A stretch of DNA of 64,000 bases from Octopus sinensis (lineage: Eukaryota), in NCBI RefSeq assembly GCF_006345805.1, contig NC_042998.1, forward strand, positions 46,810,001-46,874,000, given 5' to 3'. Under the pieces are notes generated by a model. The model had not been told where the DNA came from and did no database searches. It saw nothing but the letters and a program-made list of their open reading frames with translations. The translations under genes and the position numbers were made by a program. Shown here piece by piece: positions 37,561 through 52,070 of this stretch (position 1 is the stretch's first letter; each line of letters begins with the position of its first letter).

Positions 37561-37990
37561 TCCAGCTCACTGTCACCTTTGAGCCAGCTCGCCGCCTCTG
37601 AGCCAGCTTACCGTCGCCTTTGAGCCAGCTCGCCACCTTCATAATAATAAAAAAAGAAATGTGATAGAAACATTGCTTGTTTAGTATTGGCAAAATGACT
37701 CCCAGGAACAGAACGAGAGATAATACGCAACACTGGAATCGATTCTTATTTATCCAGTAGTTATAGAAGGTCTGGCTCTCCGTCGGTTACGATGAGTGTT
37801 CCAGTTGAAAGTGGGCACGGAGTGACTTGCAAAATAAGTTATAGATAAAATATTATAGTTAAGTTACTTATTTAGCATATTTCTGTAGTTATTGCGAGGA
37901 TCATAATATAGTATCATAAAGCTAATTATAATAATTATACAGTGGTGATATTTGACTTTCACTTCCAATTATTATGGGTTTTGTCTTGAG

Positions 37991-38175
37991 TAGTGCTCCG
38001 CAACCTTTTATCACTTGCGGTACACTTATATTTCTTTAAAAATTCGGCAGCAAACCTAAACTAAAAATATTACTAAAAGTATAGGGTAAGAATTATGATC
38101 AGGTTACACTGCGGCACACCTACCATCGTCTCGTGGCACACCAGTGTGCTGTGACATACCGGTTGCGGAGCAATG
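37991..38175. mobile_element. Short hAT-like MITE
   Basis: TIRs TAGTGCTCCGCAACC / GGTTGCGGAGCAATG. Confidence 0.55.
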
Positions 38176-39319
38176 ATTTAGGGGTAAAAATTGTATGATT
38201 TAGGGGTAAAAACCTGTGAGATTGCTGTGGTTTTATGTTCCTCTTGAATAGTTCCAAATTGATAGTTGCATCATATTCAATGTTTGTGCCAGTTTAGCTT
38301 TATATACAGTTAGTAGTTGCTTTTAGATTATTTGTTGACTCTGAAAAGATGAAAATGGTGTCGACTTCAGTAATATTTGAACTCAAAATGTAAAAGAACT
38401 TGACTAAATATTGGTTTCACATTTTGGTACAAGGCCAACAATTTCGGGGGAGAGGATTAGTCGATTACATTGACCTCAGTGCTCTACTAATACTTATTTT
38501 ATCGACCCTGAAAGGAGAAAAGGCAAAGTCAACGCCAGCCGAATTTGAACTTAGAAAGTAAAGACAGACAAAATGCCGCTAAGCATCCTCTTTGGCAAGC
38601 TAGCGATTCTGCCACCTCACCGCCTTAACTTCACTAAATATTGTTAAATTTGTCTACGAATTTCTACTGATTCCGCACTTGACCACGCTTGTTCATCATC
38701 CGTTACCCTTTATAGTTATAAAACTTGAATAAATCACCCTCCTTGTTTATTTTTTGATATTTTTGATATTTTTTGTTTTCTACAAATATATTTTCAATGC
38801 TTCCTTGGTTACACTTAGCTTTCTGGATAGTAGTTTCATTCGAATTGGAAAATGCCTTGTGACAGGTCTTCAATGCACCTCTGCTTTACTGTCACCAGTT
38901 ATTATGTAGTAAGCATATTCCTTTCATCTATCCATAAATCGGCTCCTTTGGCGTATCAGTTCTTTCTTGTATTATCCAGCACACGTCATGTTTTATTGGT
39001 CAGTTTTCTGCTAAAACCAAAAATAAACAAACAGATTGATGTCAGGTTCGCCATCAGAGTGTCATCTTCCATTATACGATATCAGTATGAACGTCCACTT
39101 ATACTCGGATATAATTCTCATGTTCAGTAATACTAAATTTTTCCAGAATAATTTTCCCGTCATATTAATTTAACAAGTAGAGAACATGAGATGTCTCAAG
39201 TTTCTTTCTCGCCTCTCTTCTCTTGAAATTTCCAGTGTTCTTTTTCCATGCCATTCATCTATGAGGCACGTGTATATGTGTAATTTCCTGTATCTGTTTA
39301 TGTATACAGATGAATCAGC

Positions 39320-39720
39320 ACACACTCGAGAGGGAGAGAGAAGAAGAGAGACGGAGAGAAGGTGAAAGAAGAGAGAGAGGAGCAGACAAGGAGAGAGAGA
39401 AGCAATAGCAGGAAAAGAGAGGGAGAGACAAAAGAGAAGAAAAGAGAGAAACAGAGAGACGAGACAAGAGGGGAGAAGGAAAGGGCGAGAGGGAGAGACA
39501 GGAGGAAAGAGGGAGAGAAAGGGAGAGAGGAGGAGAGAGAAGAATGGACGGAGAGCGGGAAAGAGAGGGAGAGACTGCTGGAGAGCGGGGATGACAAGAA
39601 GAGAGATGAAGACAGGATGAGAGATGGAGAGACGGGGAGAGATAGAAGAAGAGGAGAGAATGTGAGAGAAAAAAGAGAGAGAGACAGGAGGGGAAGGGAA
39701 GAGTGATGGAGGAGAGAGAT
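39320..39720 (+). repeat. Purine-rich (GA) low-complexity tract
   Basis: Composition seen directly. Confidence 0.9.
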
Positions 39721-40089
39721 GGCGGATGGAAAAAAGAGAAAGAATATAATGAAGAGAGTGTACGCATGCGCGTGTGTGAATGTGTGTAGGGGTGAGCGAA
39801 GGAAATATGGTAATGGAAAAAATTTGAGAGAAGGGGAAATGACAAGTGGGGTTGAGAGAAAGCTAGAAAGAGAGCGAGACCTACAAGTTAAGATAAGGAC
39901 TCTGAAGGATTTTTCCAGTATCCTCTCAGTTTAACTCTATGAAATAAGTTTAGATTATATTGATGTATATCTCATAAAATATGTGTATACATAACTGAGT
40001 GTATTTGAACATGTTTACACACACTCTATACAGTTTTACTCAGCTTTACACTTACTGCACACACAGGCCTTCCCCCTCTCCCTATGCAC

Positions 40090-40129
<40 letters not shown>

Positions 40130-40136
40130 TATATAT

Positions 40137-40182
<46 letters not shown>

Positions 40183-40240
40183 GGCTAGATAGATAGATAC
40201 ATATATACATACATACATATATATATATATATTATATATA

Positions 40241-40295
<55 letters not shown>

Positions 40296-40325
40296 GTATG
40301 TATATATGTATCTATCTATCTAGCC

Positions 40326-40402
<77 letters not shown>

Positions 40403-40432
40403 GCTAGCTAGCTAGCTAGCTATCTATATCTA

Positions 40433-40544
<112 letters not shown>

Positions 40545-41647
40545 CAGAGAGATGGGAACGGGGAGAGAGAGAGAGAGAGAGTGAGTGTTCTTATCAACAA
40601 TTTAAACAGTAGACCTCTTACGAAACCCATGACTGAAGCGCTATCCGGATCTTACCACTTATGATTCCTGTTAAGGATCCGGTTTCTCCATTTGGTTTAT
40701 AAATAGTAAGCGAACGTCCAGTAAATAATACAGTACACGTCTTAGCAAATTGTTTTGCCCATAGATACATAATATTTGGAAGTATTTTCATTTAGAGATT
40801 CCTCTTCAGAACGTGTGTCAAAAATTTTGTCGAAATTGCAATATTGAAAACAAAATAGCTATCAACATTTCGAATAAAATCCTCAAAACGCTAAAGTGGG
40901 ATTAAAAACTAAATTTTTCGCCTCAAACTCAGGAAATATTTTAGTTCTGAACAATTACAGGCTTCATTAGGGATGGTTCAAAAGTAACCTATTTATATAC
41001 TTAATCGCTAAATCTTCATTCAGCAACGACCCATAATCATTAATCGATCATCAGTTTGTTTCCTCATTATGCTTCCTATATTGGAACTAAAACGATATTG
41101 GACAAACTAAAATTGATAAAAACACAAAAAATCTATCTACATTCATTTATTTCGGATGTCTTTTGTCTTTCTTCCGTTGGTCTTAGCCATTGGCAAATAC
41201 ACATTACATTTTCTATTTAACATTTGTCAAAAAACAAAAAAAATTCTAAAAGACTGCATCTGTTCGAAGATATATATATGTTATCCTACACACCAAATTA
41301 AAGAACGAGTGAATACGGTTAGAAAACATGATAATTGGTCCCTTAGCGGTAACTTAGGTTAAGGAAAGACTACTATTAAATGCATGCAGTGATGGTTTAA
41401 TTCAGACACGTTGGATTTCTTTCTCTTCATGTTTTTTCTCTTCTCATCTATCCTTTTCGAAGAAGAGCTTAGGCTCGAAACGTTAAATACTTCTTCCAAT
41501 GTTCCTGAGTGTAAGTCTATATATATCTTATCTGTTGTTCTCATCTCATCTTTGTTCTTATTTTTGAACCATTCACACACATTTTATTCTAATATGTACA
41601 CACTACTGTCTATATATTTAACTACTTCCAATTTCACCCCTCCAAAA

Positions 41648-41692
<45 letters not shown>

Positions 41693-41989
41693 TATGTATA
41701 ATTTATCTACAAACGTAACATTAAACATCAGTTAATTTCTGAAAATTTGGCGAAATTAATATCTTGTCTATTTGTCCTCATATTCTGCATTTAGATTTAA
41801 TAAACAATACTGAGTATTAACAGAACAAATCAACTTTCTTCGGTTGTATACGCACTAAACACAGAAATCAAGGTTTGCACATAATTTTGAGCATCGAATT
41901 CAATATTTCTTTGTATCTTACATGTGAACATTTACCTTTTACTGACCCCAATTTGATAAAATAAATCCAAATAATATATTGGTTTAGAG

Positions 41990-42244
41990 CAGTGGTTTTC
42001 AATTACTTTTTGCCTATGGATCCCTATGATCTCTATTTTATTCTACTGGTTCCTAATGAAAATTTAATGTTTGAAAAATGTCCAGTATATTTTTATAATT
42101 AGATATTACTAAGAATTGTATTTAGAAAATGTTAAAATATTTTATGCATTACAGGAATATAAACAATTTATTGCACATAAAGTTTAACAGCAAAATCTTA
42201 TGAGGAACCCCTATGGTCATATGGACGCCGGTTGAGAATCCCTG
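41990..42244. mobile_element. hAT (Charlie-like) MITE
   Basis: TIRs CAGTGGTTTTCAA / TTGAGAATCCCTG. Confidence 0.55.
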
Positions 42245-42312
42245 GTTGAGAGTAAAACCATAGAATAGCAGAAACCGTAGCATGTCAGGCGATATATCTC
42301 GCGGTATTTTAT

Positions 42313-42821
42313 TACCGTAAATCCTCAAGTATAATCCACATTTTATCCCCAAAATTTAAAGGTCAAAATCCCTGGTACGTACTATATACTTTTTTTTAAA
42401 GCAATGTCCGAGTCTCTATTTGCTGTCCGGCAATGTTTATTCAGATGCATTTTGTGATGTCGGGCGCGAAAATACCTTAAGCTAAGCCTGAAAGCAATGA
42501 AGTCATAAAAGAATCATCCATAACTTGCAGTAAGCAACATTTATTGAACGTTATTACTGTTATTACTGTTATTTCTTTATGTTCTGCAAAAGAAAATGCA
42601 CAAAAAAGCTACACGTTTGCATTATGTTATATATACAATAATAATAAAGAACGTTACCATATACATTTTTACAAAGCAAGGACGTTATATAGACCTCCTT
42701 GACTCAAGCTAGAGAAGGGGTGCGTTTTATACACGAGGTTTAGGTTTTTCAGAGGTACAGCCCCCTAAAAATCCCTTGCGTATTATACTGAAGGGCCGAC
42801 TATACTCGAGGATTTACGGTA
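42313..42821. mobile_element. Tc1/mariner-pogo-type MITE
   Basis: TIRs TACCGTAAATCCTCAAGTATA / TATACTCGAGGATTTACGGTA, with TA ends. Confidence 0.7.
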
Positions 42822-43680
42822 AGTCCGTTGCATTTGAATCCAAATCCCATTGAAATGAATTTAGAATAATTGAAAAACACATACTAGTAATATGTTGGTT
42901 GGTTCAATTGCTTACAGAAATCTCCTGCAGATTCCTGTATTATATGTTAAATGTAAGAAATCGATATGTATATTCAGTGATGATAAAAATCACACACTGC
43001 AGGTCAACTTTCACTCAATGTAAATAAAACAATAAAGCAATATAAACGAAAAGACGAATATCAAATCCTCAACATTCGCAAAGCAAAACAAAAATACCTA
43101 CCACACACAAATGAAAATCATATAACAGACAAAATAAAAGAGAAAACAAAACCGAAAAATAACAAACGCAAACAGTTCACTCTCCACCGAAGTAGACCTG
43201 TCACAAGTTACATACAAACAAAAGGAGAGAAAAAATATGTATCTTGTTTAAAATAGTGTCGGCCAAGCTTATCTTGGCCTGTGAGCTCATATAACACAGA
43301 TTAAAGTCCAGTTGGAGTCGGCCTGCCTACACAAAACGATGTCAAAAGCATTAGACACCATGCTCTTTAGTCCGACATCATTTCTTACCTAAGTTATTAT
43401 CATAGTCATCGTCATTCCCATATTTGCTGTTGTAGTCTCTCAACCCCAAAGGTGTAAAAACAAAAGCAACAACAAAAACTTGGGACAAAATATCGTTTAC
43501 AACACGTACGAGAAACTATTGTAGAACAAATATATACGTTCTTTCGCGTATGTATGTATGTATGTATGTATGTATGTATGTATGTATGTATGTATGTATG
43601 TATGTATGTATGCATGCATGTATGTATGCATGCATGTATGTAGGTATGTAAGCATGTACGCATGCATGTGTGTGGATATA

Positions 43681-43779
<99 letters not shown>

Positions 43780-44071
43780 TCGCCGTGATAGATCGTTAGA
43801 CACTACACACATTTTTTTTCTCTCCTTGTTTCTCTCCTTGTTTTTTCTGTGTCCCTTTCTGTATAAGAGAGTAGGCTCGAAACGTAAAAGACTTTTTCTT
43901 TTCCTGAGCGTTATACTAATACATCTGTTTGCTTTGAACACCACCCGTCTTCGTCTTTTGTTTTTTTCGTAAACTCTCCCTTTATATATGTATGTATATA
44001 TGTATATGTATATTTGTATGTGTGTGTGTGTGTGTGCGTGTGGTGTGTGAGTGCGTATATCTATGTATATC

Positions 44072-44121
<50 letters not shown>

Positions 44122-44137
44122 CATGTAAATATAAAAT

Positions 44138-44802
44138 GCTGATGTACACGAACTATGATCATTGCTAGAAATAGCAGCCGGTAAGCTATCGGTGCTATGT
44201 AGAGCTTCACTGAATGTTTACAGGCAGAGATGTTTGTAGGCGGTGAATGCAGGAAAATCCCGTCTTACCTCCACGGAGACCGTTAGAGAAATGGAGGATA
44301 ATTCAATACCAAAGTTGCAAACTTTTTGGATCACATACATGAGCGCAAATCCGATTGCTCATCTGAAGTTGGATCTACCCTCGACGACAAAATTCTACCT
44401 TTTTATTCGGCTGAAATCCCCAGTTAAAATCGGAACCAAGATCAGGGTAAAGATATGCAAGAAATATAAATATCTTTTCACTAATCTTAGTTCTGATTTT
44501 AAATGGGGATGTCAGCCGAGTAAACAGGCAGAGATGTAGTGAATATTTAAACATTTTGTCATGAAGGGTAGATTCAACTGAAGATGACCAATCAGATTCG
44601 CGCTCACGCACGTGATCTAAAAAGTTTGAAACTGCAGTATTGAATTATCCTTCATTCCTCTAACGGTCTCCGTGGAGGTAAGACGAAATTTTCCTATATT
44701 CACCGCCCGCACACTTCTCTGCCTACAAACATTCAGTGAAGCTCTACATAGCATCGATAGCTTACCGGCTGCTATTTCTAGCAATGTTCGTGTACATCAG
44801 CT
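44138..44802. mobile_element. Palindromic head-to-head element with a hammerhead in each arm (right intact, left decayed)
   Basis: GCTGATGTACACGAAC / GTTCGTGTACATCAGC termini; arms ~330 bp and diverged. Confidence 0.75.
44572..44646 (+). ncRNA. Type I hammerhead ribozyme G, long helix II
   Basis: AUUCAA-CUGAAGA(44578-44584)-43 nt-GAAAC(44628-44632)-UGCA-GUA(44637-44639)-UUGAAU. Confidence 0.85.
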
Positions 44803-46983
44803 TTGTATGTTTATAATTCTACGTTTTATGGTGTTTTCTTCTTGCTGGATAGTAATATTATTTTTAATAATGTTTATACTTCTTGTATATTCACACACAC
44901 ACACAGACACAAACGCACACACACATACACAAACACACACGCGCACGCGCGCGCGCTCTGAGATATACCACAGTAATTTGCTATGTGCTTTTGTTTGTGA
45001 GACGAAAATTGGAAATGATATGAGTGACTGTAGGAAACTTTTAATGTAGCTGAGTGGAAAGAAAAGCAATTATATTTACAGTGAAATTCGGTAATAAAAT
45101 GAAACGAAGATTTTGATTTTTAAAACTGTATTATTCTATGTCATAATTTAACTTCTTCTATTTCAGATAAATAGAAGAAATTTAATGTTTGCGATAGTGA
45201 GTATCCAACTATATTATAACAGAGGAAGCTGTTTATCAATTAGATATGTAACAGTTACTAAAAGAAAACAATTATTAAAGGCTTGACCGTCTGGAATTTT
45301 TTTTTGTATATTCATGTTCCAGGAAATTTCCTGTACTTTCGATTTCTGAAGTTTATTGAATATTTGAACTACAAATTTTCATAAATTTAAATATTCGTTG
45401 CATTCACCGTGGAGTAGATTTTAATGTTTCATAAAAAATATTATACATTTGCAAGATTCTCTCACTCTCTGTCGCCTGTATTTTCATTAACGATGATTTA
45501 ATATGTATTCATCCCAATGTTTTTCATTTCAAGTTTTAATTTGCTGTTTGCAAAATCCACAGTTTATTCTATATACGTAATGTAAAAAAAAAAATTTATT
45601 GAATGAATGAATGCTATTAGATAAAATAGCTGTATAACTTTGAGGCTTATGACACAAGGCGCAATTTCAAGAATATCAGTTTCCAGAGTTTGTTAAATGA
45701 ATATTTTTGATAAAATGAAAATTTTTTAATACACCGGTATAATTGTTTTTAAATTAAGAAGTAATTTTGTTGGTATGGCTGTTCGGAACGCTATAAGCCT
45801 TACAATAATAACTATATGATTGCTGCTATTTCTAGCACGCTAAACGTAGTTGGGTTACCTTGACATTTGTTTAAATTAGATGTATATTACAACTACGATA
45901 ACTTACAGAAATATTTACGAAACAAATGAGATTTTTTATGAATTAAAGTTTTCAGGAAAATTTACTTTCTTAACTTCCTTTTATTATTGAATATTTCATG
46001 TTCACAAATTTAAACATTCGGTACAAGATAGTTTTTAGCTTTTATAGGTTTGACTCTCTTGAAAATTTTAATAAATTCATTAATAAAAAGGCAGATTCGA
46101 AGCACCTGTTATCTAATATCACAAATTTATATATTCGTTACCAAGCTTTGCGTTCACTGCAGGGAAGGTTTTAACATTTGATAAACAATATTATGATTCG
46201 GCAAAATTTTTCATTTTCATTTGCAACACAGTCTCTCATTCTCTCCCTCCGTTCCCCCTCTCTCTCTCGCCTCTAATTGTTTTCATTAATGATAATTTAC
46301 TTAATATATATTCATTGCAAATTTTCATTTCAAGTTTTATTTCTTTATTTCAGATGAGGAAATCAGGTATTTTGTTGTCTTAAATTCTCTGTGTAAATGC
46401 CCCCCAGTTTATTGTTTATACACACTGGAAAACATTATATTGGACAACATATTTAAACTTACTAAAGCTTCGAACTCATGCGACATATTTCTTTTCCGTC
46501 GATAGCTAAGAATAATTAAGTGAATTTGTTGCTATGCCTATTTGATACGCTATAGGTGTCAAAATATTTCTATGCTACATTTTTTTATACACTAAACGTA
46601 GTTGAATTATCTTGATGTTTGTTTAAAAGAAAAAGCTTATGACTGATAAAATAATGAAAGCAATATTTACTAAGCAAGTGAGCACTATTATACGAAGAAA
46701 TAATTAGACGTAAAATATCATGAAAATTATTAGAATTGAGAATCAAAAGTGAAAGTATTATCAAGTGTCAAGCAGAAAGCTGCTCAGAGGTTGGTCTTTC
46801 TGCCAGTTATATGTAAAGATCAAATATTAATGTCCAATATATTGATTTTCGTTCAGGTTTCATTTACTAGTATATCATTCGGTCTTTACAAATATATATA
46901 ATAATTAAGGTCTATATCAAGGTATGGGGCACTTCATGATAACATCATTGCATGCAAGATATAACAACACACACACGCACGCA

Positions 46984-47024
<41 letters not shown>

Positions 47025-47639
47025 ATAAGTATAATCTTTTTTTTTCTATTGTCACAATGTCTACGATTAGATATAACGATAACATTCAACACAAGTTTAT
47101 TATAAAATTTTTACGAATGGGTCCTTCCTTATATAAGCAGGTAAACTGTCAAGGCTCTCCAGAAGGATACGGGCTAAGAAAAATCTATTAGACAAATATC
47201 TAATTGAAAATGTAGGATGTGAGTTTAGTATGTAAGACTGGTGGCACAAAGAGAATGAAGATTCAAAATAAAGGTGGGTTATTCTACAATCGGTTGGAGA
47301 AATATTTAAATCGATGGAAATAATAGGTAAAAAGAATTGAATTCAACACCCAATTCATATTGTTTTCGTCCATTTCACCAGTGCTTTTGATAGTATACAC
47401 CTCTTCATAGTTATGAAGATGCCAATCCTAACCAAAAAGATCACTTCACCCTCCTTAGATCAGGATATAAAGGTTCACAATCTTGAATAAAGACGAATGT
47501 TGGCACATGTAAATTTGTGAATATAATGTAAGATGTTATACAAAACGGAATTTTGTTGGTTAACTTCTTCTGCGTTGTAGTGAGGGCTGTTTTGTAAAAA
47601 AAGGAAAAAAACGGAAGTACTAAGTTTTCTTCTTGGGTC

Positions 47640-47760
47640 AAATAATCTTTAACCTGAGTTATGCAGATGATATTGCTGCTATTAACAATGACGTTGTTTG
47701 CCTTCTAGATTTCCTTAACAACAGCTGCAAATGCAAAATAAGTGGGTCTCCAAATTAATC
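47640..47760 (+). pseudogene. Heavily decayed non-LTR RT relic
   Basis: LSYADDIAAI motif only. Confidence 0.35.
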
Positions 47761-48739
47761 TTGACAAGATTGTGTTTACGATTACAGATAAAATACAGCC
47801 AATCTTGGTATAACAATTTATTGTAGACCTAAAAAGAAAGTTCTTGAATTTGTCTAACGCCTAATCTATCAGCTGCAAGCAATAATAGAGTTGTCAACCG
47901 CTGAATGACACTAGCATGGACAGCTTTTGCTAAAAAAAGAGAACACGTTTTGAAAACTTAATGGAATACAAATAACTCCCAATGTTAAGATATATTATGG
48001 CTGAGAAAGATCAAATTTTGAAGCTTTTCAAAATATTATCATGAGATTTATTGCTCGTAAACACCTAACTCATAGAGTTAAAATTCTATCTCCACGGGAA
48101 ATTACACATCTACAATCAATTCGCACTAAAGTTAAAAACAGCTTCCTAAAATCGTTTGACCGTTTCAAGTACTCAAATTGTGACCTTTCTAACATCTGAC
48201 TGGAAAGCATGATATCTAGAATGAGAAAACGAGAATGAATTACTAGAAAATGGAGCGACTAAGCCCTGAAATACTCTCAATGATAGAACAAATGTAGAAT
48301 GGGGAAAATATGTCCAAGACATTTCGTACTCAGCTATAAGCGGAAATAAAGATTCATAGAAATATTAAAAAGTGAAAACGATTGTAAGGTCATTTCATAG
48401 GTTTCCGACAAAAAAGAAAAAAAAACAAAACTCAAAAAACCCACAGCAAAATAGAAATGCTTCACTAATATGCGCAAGAGGAACGTTTCTACGAATTTTC
48501 AGTTAATGGATAATATAAAATGGAAATGGAATATTACATTTGCAATGTTAGAATGATTACAATTCAGTATTGCAAAATCTACGAACGTTATTCAAACAAT
48601 GAATTAAATCTATTCTAACGTTGTAAGAACAATGGAATTAGATAAAATTATTTAAAAAAAACAAACCAAAAATCTAGGTCTAAAATATGCAACTTTGGGC
48701 TTTGCTGAAAGCATCTTTATGTAGTAGAAAGGAGTCGAA

Positions 48740-49070
48740 ATTTTTTCCATATTTCCCCAATGCATCATCCACATGTAACTATGACACCCCATCACCGCAT
48801 AAAAAACACCCGCACTGAATCCTTGGACAGACACCTCGAAAGCATCCTCAAGTGGATATGTACCATCCTTGTCTCTTTCAACAGTAAACACACATGCTCT
48901 TCATATCAAGACAGTATCGGCGCATCCCATCCCCATTAAAGATAAACAACTTATTTCTTCCCGGTTGCTGTAAATATAGAGAATCCCTACCATCGAGGAT
49001 CACAACTGGCGAAAACTAATCCTTAACATAGTTCGGAACCCTCTCCCAACGACTGGCACTTCTATTCGGA
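48740..49070 (+). pseudogene. Decayed CR1/L2-like RT C-terminal relic
   Basis: ESLDRHLESILKWICTILVSFNSKHT resembles the SLxxDLxxIxxWxxxNLVxFNxxKT segment. Confidence 0.4.
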
Positions 49071-50744
49071 GACAAGGGATTCGTCAACCACCAACAATTA
49101 TTAACATTCTATAAATCTCAGGTGATGGTCAGAATGAAGTATGACTCTTATTTTTGGGAGGAAGCTGCTGCACACACAGACAAGCTAGTCTGCATCCAGG
49201 TAAAGGACACTCAAAAAGATTGCTTTCTATCACTACCTTAATGGACTTTGCTCCTCAGAACTGCTTGGGAAGAAGAAGAAAACAAAAGAAATGTAGTAGT
49301 AGTAGGAGTGTGAATATCATAATCATCATTATCTCCAACCACGTTGAAATTTCAACGACTGAGCCTATATGTAGCTTGGAAAAAAATCACAAATGATACA
49401 TCTACTAATTTTATTCCAGATACATTATGTCAAAAATAGGGGCGGAATGTTCTCGGTTGGAACGTCTTTGATTATAGATTTTCTTAATCATGGATAACCT
49501 GTGTCTATAAAACAACTGTAACGTTAGCTGGTATAAAGCTATATTCAATTGGTCCTCGTTTTCTCATTCCACCTGATATTGTTTTTCTTTTTTTCTTTTC
49601 TAGCATCTCCACCTCCCTCTCTGTCCCACCAACTTGAATGTCTCTTCGTTTTCTTCAAACTTGTGTGTCTAGACGAAGTTTACTGATTTTGTTGTTTAAT
49701 ATTTATTCTTGTTATTGTTGTTGTCACTGTCCTGTAGATCAGTGGTATTTATAAGATATCTCCCAAAGGCGGATAGGTATTTTACTTAAATACTGTCGAG
49801 ATCGTACGAAAGTTACGGCAGATAAGGACACGCCTCATTTCGTAAAATGTCAAACAAACGAAAATCAAACTGTGTTTCACCATCTCCGACATCTTTTTAA
49901 ACAAGTTGAAAGATTGTGAAAGTATATGATAACTGAAAAGGAATGCTGCTGGGTGAGAAGAAATGAAAAAGCTGAGGAGGAAGAAATGATGATGGTAATG
50001 AAAATAATAATGCTTTTTCTGATTTAGGCAGAAGGCCAGCAATTTGACGGTGAGGTGATTAGTCAATGCAATCGATTTTAGAGGGATGAAAGGTAAAAAT
50101 TACCTATGTGGGATTCGAATTCACAATGTGAAAACCCGGAGTAATTGTTTCTAGACCGGGAATTTGTGGGAAGTATGTAGAACATGACTGGTATTTTATT
50201 CATCGAACTCAAAAGGATGAAAGGCAAAGCTGACACCGGCGAAAATTAAATTTTTGTCTCACCTAGAAGGAATGACAAAAGCAACAACCGGATTTCTTTT
50301 TATAAAATAATCACGACAGTGCTCCAGCATGGCTACAGTCCTACGACTGAAACCATTATAAGAATACAAAGAAAAAACGACTTTGACCGGATACATTTTC
50401 GCGAAAATTAAATACACTTGCATCTGTCTTAAAATATAATTATCCCACTGATAACCTTAATCGTACGACAAAATCATAAAATGTTTTTAAAGTATTGACA
50501 TATATTTCAAGTTATCTACCTTCTTCATTCAGAATCGCTAGCAACAAAGGCTACATACTTTTTCTTTTAACTTTATTGTTCACACTGACAAAGGTGAAAT
50601 TTTGGTAATTTAAAAATTCATTGTATGTAGTGTACAATACATTCCACGTTGACTTTACGATTCAAACTCATAGCGTTAGACTCGTTCGGTTTCTTTCAAG
50701 TGGTGCCTTTCTTTCGTTCTTGTAATTTTTACTATTCTCGGATA

Positions 50745-51163
50745 CATGTAGTTTGTCCGTCGATGCGACGAAGACCATCTAGTCATCCTGGGGTGGGGAT
50801 GGGCTTGTTTTATGAGTCCGCAGATGGCTAGTGAGGCCAATCTGCGCCCAAAAGAGTCTTTGACAGTGTGGTCAGGGAATGGTAGCATCTGCTACAGAGT
50901 TGTTAGCTATGTTCTTCCTGGCTTGTCTGCAGTCTTCTGCAGCAGCGATCCTATTGGTCTTGCATGTGTTGGCACCCTTGTGGTCAGCTGATCGTCACTC
51001 TTCTCTGTCCAGAGCAAACTGCTTCCAAGTGTCATGGCCGATGTTGAAGGCTTTCAGTGTGTCCTTGAAGTGCTTCTTCTGGCCGCCTTGTGAGCGCTTT
51101 CCCTTTTGCAGCTCGCCAAAGAGCAATCTTTTTGGTAATCGATCGTCTGACATGCAAGCTACT
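50745..51163 (-). pseudogene. RTE-clade LINE 3' end
   Basis: MSDDRLPKRLLFGELQKGKRSQGGQKKHFKDTLKAF...PHCQRLFWAQIGLTSHLRTH. Confidence 0.85.
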
Positions 51164-51252
51164 GCCCTGCCCAACGATATGTATATAAGTAATATATGTT
51201 ATAATTATAAACATTTTAGCCATTTCTTCACAGACTGCAAAAATGATGAACA

Positions 51253-51295
51253 ACCTTAATCGATTTTCGAAAATTATTGGGTTTTCATCAGAGGT
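51253..51295 (-). ncRNA. Minimal type I hammerhead H
   Basis: ACCU-CUGAUGA-AAACCCAAUAAUUUUC-GAAA-AUCGAU-UA-AGGU; helix II is weak. Confidence 0.6.
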
Positions 51296-51687
51296 ATATT
51301 CAGTCAAGACAAATGTTAGTATTTTATACGTTGTTGTTAAACAAGTTATGGTCTATAATTTTTTGGTTAATTTGTTTCTTCACTTTTTGGAAGTAAGAAT
51401 ATAACATCATTAGCTAGCCAAAAGGGAATCATACTGTTGCAAAACGTTGTAAAGTTTTCTTAGCAGTTCATGACTCTCTGGGAAGGCATTCAACCAGAAG
51501 TTAGGAATTTTATCCTTTCCTGGAGACTTGCTGAGTGAAGATCTTACATCCTCTACCTTGAAACCCTCCCACTTTTGCTCTTCTAAAGAGTCTATGTCAA
51601 TAGATACTCTATCAATCCAAGAAGCCTTTTTATTGTGTGATTTTTGTGAGATATTTTTTGTGTTTTTGTGTTGTTGTTGTTACTATT

Positions 51688-51775
<88 letters not shown>

Positions 51776-52070
51776 TATTATTATTATTATATTTGAAAAG
51801 GATTGAAGTAACTCTTCACAAAAGTAATTAGTCAATACGAAGAGCGCGATGCGATTACAATAAATATCTCACTGGTTGAACGGTATTTCGACAACTAGCC
51901 TTCAGATTCGTTACTATGGCAACAGTCCAGATACTTATTGATCAGACCTCAAATATATATACGTGTGTGCGTATGTGTTTGTGTGTGCGAGTGTGTATAC
52001 ACATTAGTGATTCGATAAATCACCCATAGGTTTCGGTAGTGTAGACATATATGTTGACAGTGATCTTGGT

